A DNA stretch of 64,000 nt from Theionarchaea archaeon (GTDB lineage Archaea > Methanobacteriota_B > Thermococci > Methanofastidiosales > SZ-28-30). Position numbers and translations under genes: made by a program. The DNA is taken from positions 29,040 to 93,039 of the forward strand of contig JACVGT010000014.1 in assembly GCA_018992685.1 (NCBI GenBank), read 5' to 3'. Numbering within the stretch: position 1 is the stretch's first letter; the number at the start of each line of letters is the position of its first letter. The notes beneath the pieces are model-generated. The model searched no databases and was not told where the DNA came from. It worked only from the letters and a program-made list of their open reading frames with translations. This document shows positions 18,377-26,809 of this stretch, in pieces.

Positions 18377-18880
18377 ATGAAAAAGAAGGAAATTATCAAC
18401 ATGGACGAACTGGATCCCCAATTCAAGTATGAGATCGCTTCCCAACCAGGAGGAGAGCACATACTGAAATGTGTGCAGTGTGCTACTTGTTCCTCTGGTT
18501 GTCCTGTGGCTTCTGTGAGTGACAGATTCAACCCACGGAAAATTATCCGAATGGCAGTCCTGGGACTGAAGGATACAGTCCTGAGAGAGGATTTTGTCTG
18601 GTACTGTGCTGCCTGTTACACATGCTCTGAACGCTGTCCCCAGGACGTGAGAATTCCTGACCTCATGGCGGCTGTCAGGAACATCGCAGTCAAAGAGGGA
18701 TGCATTCACCCTGCCTACAAAGAACAGGGGCGATTAATAGGGGAACTGGGACGATTGTATGAAGTGACTGAATTTGAGAATGAGAAAAGGGAGAAGCTTG
18801 GCCTTCCCAAAGTGAGAGAGAAGAATGAAGAAATAGCTGAAATTTACAGCTGCACTGGTGTAGGAAAGGTGGTGCTGTGA
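18377..18880 (+). CDS. hdrC: Heterodisulfide reductase subunit C
   Basis: Two Cx2Cx2Cx3CP ferredoxin motifs (CVQCATCSSGCP; CAACYTCSERCP) in a ~165-aa protein, directly followed by hdrB. Confidence 0.85.
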   Translation: MKKKEIINMDELDPQFKYEIASQPGGEHILKCVQCATCSSGCPVASVSDRFNPRKIIRMAVLGLKDTVLREDFVWYCAACYTCSERCPQDVRIPDLMAAVRNIAVKEGCIHPAYKEQGRLIGELGRLYEVTEFENEKREKLGLPKVREKNEEIAEIYSCTGVGKVVL

Positions 18881-19752
18881 AGTATGCATTGTTTTTAGGT
18901 TGTACTGTTCCAGTGAGAACCATGGCGTACGAAATTTCCACCAGAAATGTCATGAAAAAACTGGGGATCTCTCTTGCAGACTTGGAAGATTTCGGCTGCT
19001 GCGGATTTCCTTTAGAATCTATTGATCATACTACCTATTTGTCAGTGGCTGCGAGAAATCTGGCCGTTGCAGAAGCTGCCAACCTGCCTGTGATGACCAT
19101 GTGCAGTGCCTGCAATGGGTCTCTCCTCAAAGCCAACCTGGCCATGCAGGACAAGAATACACGAGATGAAATAAATGCCAACCTAAAGCCCATTAATCGG
19201 CAGTACAAGGGGACTACGGTTGTAAAGCATGCGGCCAGGGTACTATATGAGACCATGGACACCATAAAGGAGATGGCACATCCCCTGAACCTGAAGGTTG
19301 CTGCTCACTATGGATGCCATTACACTAAACCCTCCGAAATATATGCGGATTTCGAAGACCCCGAAGTCCCCTACAGTCTGGAGGAGCTCATCTCTGCAGT
19401 CGGAGCAACACCTATTCCGTACGAGAATAAAAAACAGTGCTGTGGAGGGTCTGTCATGGGAATTGATGAGAGTGTTTCTCTGGAGATGGTACGAGAGAAA
19501 CTATCTCACATCAAGAAAGCAGGAGCAGATGCCATGGTCCTGGTATGCCCGTTCTGTGATGTCATGTATGACATAAATCAGAAACGGATTGAAAATCAGG
19601 CTGGAGAACAATTCGGTATTCCTGTGCTGTTCCTGCCCCAGCTGATAGGACTGGCCCTTGGACTGACACCTGACGAATTAGGGCTGAAAATGAACAGAGT
19701 ATCAGTGCGCAATCTGCTGAAGACCCTGGGTGACGGCAATGAGCAAAAGTGA
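18877..19752 (+). CDS. hdrB: Heterodisulfide reductase subunit B (two CCG domains)
   Basis: Cysteine-rich CCG motifs (DFGCCGFPL; KKQCCGGSVMG) and overall HdrB length. 4-nt overlap with hdrC. Confidence 0.9.
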   Translation: MKYALFLGCTVPVRTMAYEISTRNVMKKLGISLADLEDFGCCGFPLESIDHTTYLSVAARNLAVAEAANLPVMTMCSACNGSLLKANLAMQDKNTRDEINANLKPINRQYKGTTVVKHAARVLYETMDTIKEMAHPLNLKVAAHYGCHYTKPSEIYADFEDPEVPYSLEELISAVGATPIPYENKKQCCGGSVMGIDESVSLEMVREKLSHIKKAGADAMVLVCPFCDVMYDINQKRIENQAGEQFGIPVLFLPQLIGLALGLTPDELGLKMNRVSVRNLLKTLGDGNEQK

Positions 19753-21721
19753 ACCTCGAATCGGAGTGTATGTGTGCCATTGCGGCTTGAACATTGGTGC
19801 AGTTGTGGATGTTGCTGCTGTGGCTCAATATGCCCAGACGCTTCCTGGCGTGGTGGTTTCAAGAGAATCAACCTACACATGCAGCGACAATGGTCAGAGA
19901 TCTATCCAGGAAGACATCGAGAACCACAACCTGAGTCGGGTGGTGGTGGCTTCCTGCAGTCCGCGCATGCATGGCGATACCTTCATGAAGACCTGTGAGA
20001 CTGCAGGGCTGAACCCGTACCTTTTTGAGATGGTCAATATCAGAGAGCAATGTTCATGGGTGCACACTGATAAAGAACAGGCCACAGAGAAGGCCAAAGA
20101 CTTGGTGAGAATGGCAGTTGCCAAAGTACGATTACTGGAACCCTTAGAAAAGCAGAAATCTGCCGTCAACAAGGCTGCACTGGTGATTGGAGGAGGAGTG
20201 GCCGGTATTTTCTCTGCTTTGTACCTGGCAAATGCAGGAATTAAAACATACGTTGTTGAGAAAAAGCCGTCTATTGGAGGACACATGGCTCAACTGGACA
20301 AGACATTCCCCACCCTGGACTGTAGTCTGTGCATTCTTTCTCCAAGAATGGCAGATATAGGAAAACATGAAAATATCGAACTCATTACCTATGCAGATAT
20401 TGAGAATATTTCAGGATACGCGGGGAATTTTCAGGTTACGGTGAAAAGCAACCCACGCTATGTCATAAAGGAGAACTGCCGACTGTGCGGTGTGTGTGCG
20501 GAAAAATGTCCTATCTCGCTGCCCGATGAGTTCAACATGGGATTGAAGAAAAGGAAAGCAGTGTACATACCTTTCCCGCAGGCAGTTCCGAATTACTACC
20601 TCATCGATGCTGGTCACTGTTTACACATTACCAAGGGAGGATGCATGCTGTGCCAGAAAAACTGTCCCAATGATGCCATTGATTTTGAAGAGACAGAAGC
20701 AGTGAGAGAGCTCAATGTGGGCGCCATCATTGTGGCCACGGGATTTGAGCTGTATGATGCTACCCAGAAGAAGGAGTACGGATACGGGAGGTATCCCAAT
20801 GTCATCACCAACATGGACTTCGAAAGGTGGGTGAGTGCAGATGGCCCTACCCACGGCAAGGTTGTGAGGCCTTCAGACGGAGCCCCCCCTCAGAGGATTG
20901 GGTTCATCCAGTGTGTCGGATCCCGAGACGAGAAGGAGGGAGCAGTCTACTGCTCTCGTATCTGCTGCATGGCAACGGTAAAGCAGGCCACGATGCTCAG
21001 GGAGAAGTACCCCTCAGCTGAAATATATGTGTACTACACTGACATGCGAACTCCTGGCAAAGGGTTTGAAGAATTTTACCAGAGAGGACGTGAGCATGGG
21101 ATTGTATTCATCAGAGGAAAGCCAGGGGAAATTGAAGAAGATGACAATCACAATCTCCTTATCGTGTCAGAGGACACCGATTCCGGGCTCATCCTGCGCA
21201 ACACCTTGGACCTTGTGGTGTTGGCATGTGGACTTCGGCCACCTGAGGCGTTGGAAGAACTTGCACAGAAGTTGCATTTATCGCGAAGCCCTGACGGATT
21301 CATTATGGAGGCGCATCCCAAATTGCGTCCTGCAGAAACAAGTATCTCTGGAGTATTCCTGACTGGATGTGTTCAATTCCCCAAAGATATTCCAGATACG
21401 GTGGCACAATCAGGAGGAGCCGCCGCTATGGCCGCGGCCCTGTTGACGAAAGATGAGATCGAACTTGAGCCAGTAAGGGCAGCGGTGGACGAAGAACTGT
21501 GTATCGGGTGTGGATTGTGCGAGGAAAACTGCGACTATGGGGCCATTGAGGTAAAGAAAACAGAAGAAGGAATGAAGGCCCAGGTCATTGAAGTAGCCTG
21601 CCAGGGATGCGGTGTCTGTGCAGCCAGCTGTCCTCAGAAAGCAGTGACAGTCCGTCACTTCACAGATGGTCAGCTGCTGGCCCAGGTCACTGCTGCTCTA
21701 GAACCTGAGGTGATCGTGTGA
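19739..21721 (+). CDS. hdrA: Heterodisulfide reductase subunit A (canonical domain order)
   Basis: N-terminal Cys cluster domain (IGVYVCHCGLNIG ... ASCSPRMHG), FAD motif LVIGGGVAGIFSAL, inserted ferredoxin (CRLCGVCAEKCP / CMLCQKNCP), GPKDIPDTVAQ region, C-terminal 2x[4Fe-4S] ferredoxin (CIGCGLCEENC / CQGCGVCAASCP). Confidence 0.9.
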   Translation: MSKSEPRIGVYVCHCGLNIGAVVDVAAVAQYAQTLPGVVVSRESTYTCSDNGQRSIQEDIENHNLSRVVVASCSPRMHGDTFMKTCETAGLNPYLFEMVNIREQCSWVHTDKEQATEKAKDLVRMAVAKVRLLEPLEKQKSAVNKAALVIGGGVAGIFSALYLANAGIKTYVVEKKPSIGGHMAQLDKTFPTLDCSLCILSPRMADIGKHENIELITYADIENISGYAGNFQVTVKSNPRYVIKENCRLCGVCAEKCPISLPDEFNMGLKKRKAVYIPFPQAVPNYYLIDAGHCLHITKGGCMLCQKNCPNDAIDFEETEAVRELNVGAIIVATGFELYDATQKKEYGYGRYPNVITNMDFERWVSADGPTHGKVVRPSDGAPPQRIGFIQCVGSRDEKEGAVYCSRICCMATVKQATMLREKYPSAEIYVYYTDMRTPGKGFEEFYQRGREHGIVFIRGKPGEIEEDDNHNLLIVSEDTDSGLILRNTLDLVVLACGLRPPEALEELAQKLHLSRSPDGFIMEAHPKLRPAETSISGVFLTGCVQFPKDIPDTVAQSGGAAAMAAALLTKDEIELEPVRAAVDEELCIGCGLCEENCDYGAIEVKKTEEGMKAQVIEVACQGCGVCAASCPQKAVTVRHFTDGQLLAQVTAALEPEVIV

Positions 21722-22458
21722 CATTTTCTCCTAGGATTGTAGGGTTCATGTGTAACTGGTGTTCGTATGCAGGAGCTGATCTGGCTGGAATTTCGAGGAT
21801 AAAATATGCTCCCAATCTGAGGATTATCAGAGTGCTGTGTTCCGGGCGAGTTGACCCTTACGTAGTTCTGACCGCATTCCAAAAGGGTGCAGACGGCGTT
21901 CTGGTTGCAGGGTGCCACCCTGGAGACTGCCACTACATATCAGGGAACTACCAGGCAGAAAAGAAAATGAAAGCGACATGGAAGATATTGAGCAAAGCAG
22001 GGATTGATCAAGAAAGACTGGGACTGGAATGGATTTCTGCAGCAGAAGGTCAGCGATTTGCTGACGTTGTCAACTCGTTTACTCAACTGATTACTGAGTT
22101 GGGACCGCTTCAGGCTGATCCGCAGAAGATTGCCTCGGCCAAGGAAGAGACTGCAGATTTCAGAATTAGGTGGCTGGTGGGAAGAGAAAAAGACTTGCTG
22201 GAAGAGGGAAATGTGTTTGGCGAACCTGTAGAAGAAGCAGTGTTTGAGACCCTTCTGGATGATGTTGTTTCTGCCCAATACATCAGGAATTCTATTCTCA
22301 CCGTGCTCAAGGAACAGTCTATGTCAGCCAAAGAACTGGCAGAAACTCTTGAAATTCCTTCTCACGTGGTTGTGGAGCATTTGATTCACCTGCGGAGAGG
22401 GCAGAAGGTGCACATGGTTGAAGGTCATCCCATTCGGTACGAGGTGAGCGCATGGTAG
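21718..22458 (+). CDS. mvhD: MvhD-like [2Fe-2S] electron-transfer protein fused to a C-terminal winged-helix-like domain
   Basis: Residues 1-135 are MvhD (VGFMCNWCSYAGADLAG ... VAGCHPGDCHYISGN). An extra ~110 aa tail contains an HTH-like stretch SMSAKELAETLEIPSHVVVEHLIHLRRGQKV. GTG start overlaps the hdrA stop (GTGA). Confidence 0.8.
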   Translation: MTFSPRIVGFMCNWCSYAGADLAGISRIKYAPNLRIIRVLCSGRVDPYVVLTAFQKGADGVLVAGCHPGDCHYISGNYQAEKKMKATWKILSKAGIDQERLGLEWISAAEGQRFADVVNSFTQLITELGPLQADPQKIASAKEETADFRIRWLVGREKDLLEEGNVFGEPVEEAVFETLLDDVVSAQYIRNSILTVLKEQSMSAKELAETLEIPSHVVVEHLIHLRRGQKVHMVEGHPIRYEVSAW

Positions 22459-25421
22459 GTTCCATAATGGTTGTAGGAGGAGGAATTGCAGGAATGCAGG
22501 CCTCCCTGGATCTGGCAGATTCTGGATTTCGAGTATACCTGGTGGATAAAGCACCCACTATTGGTGGAGTGATGGCTCAGCTGGACAAAACCTTCCCCAC
22601 ACTGGACTGCTCCATGTGTATCATGGCTCCCAAGCTCGTGGCCACCGGGAGGCACCACAATATCCATCTGCTTACCAATGCAGTGATCACCAATGTGGAG
22701 GGAACCCCAGGCAACTTCACCGTAACGGTGACAATGAAGCCCCGTTACGTAAACGCGGAGAAATGCACAGGATGCGGACTGTGTGCCCAGTACTGCCCTG
22801 TAGAAGCAGTAAATGAATATGATGAACGACTGACGTTGCGCAGAGGTATCTACGTGGACTATCCTCAGGCAGTCCCGTTGGTATATGCGATAGACAGAGA
22901 GAAGTGCATTGGATGCGGATTGTGTGAGAATATTTGCCAGGCTGAAGCCATTGAATATCATCAGACTCCTGAAGAAGAACAGGTGAATGTAGGTGCCATT
23001 ATTCTGGCGGCAGGATTTGACGAATTTGAACCTGATACCAAGAAGGAATATGGGTACGGCAGGTTCAAGAATGTGGTGACTGCCACTGAATTCGAGCGCA
23101 TCCTCAGTGCTTCAGGTCCCTTTGCAGGACACGTGGTGAGGCCTTCTGATGGTGAAGTCCCGGGGAGAATAGCATTCTTGCAGTGCGTGGGGTCCAGAGA
23201 TGAAAACAGCAACAAGTATTGCTCTGCCGTGTGCTGCATGTATGCCACAAAGGAAGCTATTATTGCCAAAGAACACAACCCCGACCTTGAGGCAACAATC
23301 TTTTTCATGGACATGCGTACCTACGGGAAAGGGTTTGAACAGTTCTACAAGAGAGCCCAGTCTGAATACGGTCTCAGATACACGAGAAGCCGCGTCCCCT
23401 GTATTGAAGCAGACCCCGAAACTCAAAACCTCCTTCTTACCTATGAAACAGAAGATGGTACCATAACTAAAGAAGAATTTGACATGGTGGTCCTCTCAGT
23501 GGGGTTGGAGCCGCCAAAATCCAATCAAGAGCTGAGCAGCATTTTCGGTGTTCCTCTGAATGAATATGGGTTCCTAGACTGGAAAATATTTGAACCCCTC
23601 AAGGCAAAGGACGGCATATATGCATGCGGAGCCTTCTCTGGACCAAAAGACATTCCTGATACTGTGGCGCAGGCATCAGGAGCAGCAGCTATGGCATCAG
23701 GCGTAGTCTCCGGAGAACGGGGCACTCTCGTGGAAGAAAAGGTCTATCCTGAGGAGCTGGACGTTGCGGAACAGCCGCCCCGAATTGGTGTTTTCGTGTG
23801 CTGGTGCGGTATCAATATAGGTGGCATTGTCAATGTGCCCGAGGTGATGGAGTATGCCTCCACCCTCCCCAATGTGGTGTTCGTCGACCAGAATCTGTAT
23901 ACATGTTCACAGGATACGCAGGAGAAGATCAAACAGGCAGTGGAAGAGCACAGCCTGAACCGTGTGGTTGTTGCGTCCTGTACACCGCGAACACACGAAC
24001 CGCTGTTCCAGAGCACTATTCGGGAAGCTGGGCTGAACCCGTATCTCTTTGAGATGACAAACATTAGAGACCAATGTTCCTGGGTTCACATGCACACTCC
24101 AGAAGAAGCTACAGAAAAGGCAAAGGACCTGGTGAGAATGGCGGTAGCCAAATCCAATCTACTGGAGCCATTGAAGAGTTCGTCAGTTGAGGTCACTCAG
24201 TCTGGACTGGTCATTGGAGGCGGTATTGCGGGAATGACAGCAGCTCTGGGCCTGGCTCAACAGGGATTCACTGTCCACCTGGTAGAAAAGGAGGATCATC
24301 TGGGAGGGCTGCTGCGTGACATACGCTACACGGTGAGCGGGGAAGACCCCCAGGAGTATTTGACAGGTCTGGAACAGAGTCTCAGAGATCATCCCAATGT
24401 CACCATCCACACACAAGCAGTTGTGGAGAAAGTTGAGGGATATGTGGGGAACTTCACCACCACACTGTCCTCAGGAGAGGAAATCAACCATGGAATCTGC
24501 GTTATAGCTGTAGGAGGGCAAGAGCACAAGCCCACCAGTTATCTGTATGGCGAGGACAAGAGAGTCATCACCCAGCTGGAATTTGAGGATATGCTCTCCA
24601 AAGGAGTGAAGGCCAAGACTGTGGTGATGATAAATTGTGTGGAATCCAGAGATGACACCAAGGAATACTGCTCCAGGGTATGCTGTTCAGAAGCTGTGAA
24701 AAATGCTTTACAGCTGAGAGAACAGAATCCAGACGCAACCATATATATTCTGTACAGGGACATGAGAACCTACGCGTTCAGAGAGCAGTACTATGACAAG
24801 GCACGGGAAGCAGGTGTCGTATTCATGAGGTATGATCCAGAGACAAAACCTCGACTGGAAAAGAAAGACAAATCGTTGGTGTTATACGCGCACGATTCTG
24901 CTCTGGATCTTGACTTTGAACTGCATCCCGACCTGGTTGTACTGTCTACAGGAGTATCTCCCTATGACAACTCAGCGCTCTCTCAGATGCTCAAAGTCCC
25001 TCTTGACAGAGACGGGTTCTTCTTGGAAGCCCACATGAAACTGCGCCCGGTGGATTTTGCCACAGACGGGGTATTCATGGCAGGGCTGGCACATTCTCCC
25101 AAGTTCATTGATGAGACGATTTCTCAGGCTTTTGGAACAGTTGCCCGGGCTTGTACCATCGTCTCAAAAGAGAGAATAGAGACAGAGCCAATCATTGCAG
25201 AAGTTGATGAAGAACTCTGCTGCGGGTGCCAGGTATGTATACCAATGTGCCCGTATAATGCACGTGAATTAGATGAGGAGGAGAAGATAGTCAAGGTCAA
25301 CGAAGTGCTCTGCAAAGGGTGCGGTTCGTGTGTTGCTGCATGTCCCTCCAAGGCAGCTCAGCAGAGACACTTCCGTGACAGCCAATTAAGTTCCATGATT
25401 GAGGCCTTTGTGAGGCGATAA
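22452..25421 (+). CDS. Large (989 aa) HdrA-like flavoprotein with permuted and duplicated domains: FAD domain with inserted ferredoxin, HdrA N-domain-like Cys cluster, second FAD domain, C-terminal ferredoxin
   Basis: Two Rossmann FAD motifs (MVVGGGIAGMQASL at residue ~6; LVIGGGIAGMTAAL at ~580). HdrA N-domain-like segment in the middle (IGVFVCWCGINIGG ... ASCTPRTHE ... NIRDQCSWVH). Ferredoxin CxxCxxCxxxC motifs after FAD domain 1 and at the C-terminus. Confidence 0.8.
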   Translation: MVGSIMVVGGGIAGMQASLDLADSGFRVYLVDKAPTIGGVMAQLDKTFPTLDCSMCIMAPKLVATGRHHNIHLLTNAVITNVEGTPGNFTVTVTMKPRYVNAEKCTGCGLCAQYCPVEAVNEYDERLTLRRGIYVDYPQAVPLVYAIDREKCIGCGLCENICQAEAIEYHQTPEEEQVNVGAIILAAGFDEFEPDTKKEYGYGRFKNVVTATEFERILSASGPFAGHVVRPSDGEVPGRIAFLQCVGSRDENSNKYCSAVCCMYATKEAIIAKEHNPDLEATIFFMDMRTYGKGFEQFYKRAQSEYGLRYTRSRVPCIEADPETQNLLLTYETEDGTITKEEFDMVVLSVGLEPPKSNQELSSIFGVPLNEYGFLDWKIFEPLKAKDGIYACGAFSGPKDIPDTVAQASGAAAMASGVVSGERGTLVEEKVYPEELDVAEQPPRIGVFVCWCGINIGGIVNVPEVMEYASTLPNVVFVDQNLYTCSQDTQEKIKQAVEEHSLNRVVVASCTPRTHEPLFQSTIREAGLNPYLFEMTNIRDQCSWVHMHTPEEATEKAKDLVRMAVAKSNLLEPLKSSSVEVTQSGLVIGGGIAGMTAALGLAQQGFTVHLVEKEDHLGGLLRDIRYTVSGEDPQEYLTGLEQSLRDHPNVTIHTQAVVEKVEGYVGNFTTTLSSGEEINHGICVIAVGGQEHKPTSYLYGEDKRVITQLEFEDMLSKGVKAKTVVMINCVESRDDTKEYCSRVCCSEAVKNALQLREQNPDATIYILYRDMRTYAFREQYYDKAREAGVVFMRYDPETKPRLEKKDKSLVLYAHDSALDLDFELHPDLVVLSTGVSPYDNSALSQMLKVPLDRDGFFLEAHMKLRPVDFATDGVFMAGLAHSPKFIDETISQAFGTVARACTIVSKERIETEPIIAEVDEELCCGCQVCIPMCPYNARELDEEEKIVKVNEVLCKGCGSCVAACPSKAAQQRHFRDSQLSSMIEAFVRR

Positions 25422-25423
25422 CC

Positions 25424-25834
25424 ATGTATGAACCAAAAATTATCGGATTCTTGTGTAACTGGTGTTCATATGCAGCTGCAGATCTGGCGGGGACTTCCAG
25501 GATACAGTATCCATCCAACATGAGAGCGATCCGGGTTATGTGTTCCAGCAGGGTGGACCCTGAACATGTGCTGCGGGCATTTGTCAACGGCGCAGACGGC
25601 GTTCTGATTGCAGGATGTCACCCCGGTGACTGCCACTACATCTCAGGTAACTACAAAACAGAAAGGAAATATGTGCTGCTGCGCGAGATGTTGGAGCAGT
25701 TCGGCATTGACCCACGCAGGCTGAGGCTGGAGTGGTGTTCTTCTGCTGAAGGTGGAAAGTTCGCGCAGGTAGTGACGGAGATGACTGAAGAACTGAAAAC
25801 TCTTGGACCAATAGAACTGGGAGCTGGTGATTGA
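25424..25834 (+). CDS. mvhD: MvhD, [2Fe-2S] subunit of F420-non-reducing hydrogenase (stand-alone copy)
   Basis: 136 aa: IIGFLCNWCSYAAADLAG ... IAGCHPGDCHYISGNY. Confidence 0.9.
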   Translation: MYEPKIIGFLCNWCSYAAADLAGTSRIQYPSNMRAIRVMCSSRVDPEHVLRAFVNGADGVLIAGCHPGDCHYISGNYKTERKYVLLREMLEQFGIDPRRLRLEWCSSAEGGKFAQVVTEMTEELKTLGPIELGAGD

Positions 25835-26809
25835 ATGGATAAGCTAAAGTTTGCTTTCTATTGGGCCGCCTCTTGCGGCGGCTGTGAAATCGCTGTTCTG
25901 GATATTGATGAGAAGATACTGAATGTCGTTGAAAAAGCAGACATTGTCTTCTGGCCAGTGGCACTTGACACCAAGTACAAAGATGTAGAGGCATTCCAAG
26001 ACAAGTACATTGATGTGTGTTTCTTCAATGGTGCTATTAGAACCAGCGAACATGAGGAAATGGCCCATCTGCTCCGTGCGAAATCCAAGACATTGGTTGC
26101 ATTTGGAGCCTGTGCCTGTTTTGGAGGAATACCAGGGCTGGCCAATGTTTCTGACAGAGACGAGATCTTTGATCTGGTATACAGAGAGTTACCGTCCGTA
26201 TCCAACCCGGACAAGACGACACCTCAGCTCACCTACACAGCTCCCGAGGGGGAGTTGACTCTCCCACAATTCTTCGATACAGTCAAGGCTCTACACCAGG
26301 TCTGTGACGTAGATTACTTTTTGCCTGGGTGTCCTCCCACCCCGGAGATGATCGAACAGGCGGTTACTGCGATTTTTGAGGGAACTCTACCTTCAAAAGG
26401 AAGTACCTTAGCACCTGAAAAAGCGTTGTGTGAAGAGTGCCCCTTGGAAATCCAAGAGAAAAAAATCCCTTTTATCAAGCGCCCCTACCAGGTCACACCT
26501 GATGGAAAAAGGTGCCTGTTGGAACAGGGTGTCATTTGTATGGGCATCAATACCAGAGCAGGGTGTGGAGCCAGGTGCATCAAAGCCAACATGCCGTGCA
26601 GAGGATGCATGGGTCCGACTCCTGAGGTGGCTGATCAGGGAGCAAAACTGGTATCTGCCATTGCTTCCATTCTGGGTGTGGAAGGAGAAGAACGCATGAC
26701 GGAAAAGGAAATTGAAGCCCTGATAGCCCAGATAAAGGATCCACTCGGAACATTCTACCGGTACACCTTACCAATTTCTCTGTTAAGAAGAAAGGTGATA
26801 AAAAAATGA
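25835..26809 (+). CDS. mvhG: [NiFe]-hydrogenase small subunit MvhG
   Basis: N-terminal proximal-cluster motif YWAASCGGCEIAVLD, GACACFGG, and the CPPTP region typical of group 3c small subunits. Confidence 0.85.
   Translation: MDKLKFAFYWAASCGGCEIAVLDIDEKILNVVEKADIVFWPVALDTKYKDVEAFQDKYIDVCFFNGAIRTSEHEEMAHLLRAKSKTLVAFGACACFGGIPGLANVSDRDEIFDLVYRELPSVSNPDKTTPQLTYTAPEGELTLPQFFDTVKALHQVCDVDYFLPGCPPTPEMIEQAVTAIFEGTLPSKGSTLAPEKALCEECPLEIQEKKIPFIKRPYQVTPDGKRCLLEQGVICMGINTRAGCGARCIKANMPCRGCMGPTPEVADQGAKLVSAIASILGVEGEERMTEKEIEALIAQIKDPLGTFYRYTLPISLLRRKVIKK

Noticed and set aside
22425-24064. Numerous 100-180-aa antisense ORFs inside hdrA, the large hdrA-like gene and mvh genes
   Set aside because: Entirely contained within strongly supported genes on the opposite strand, Ser/Arg/Cys-rich composition typical of antisense frames.
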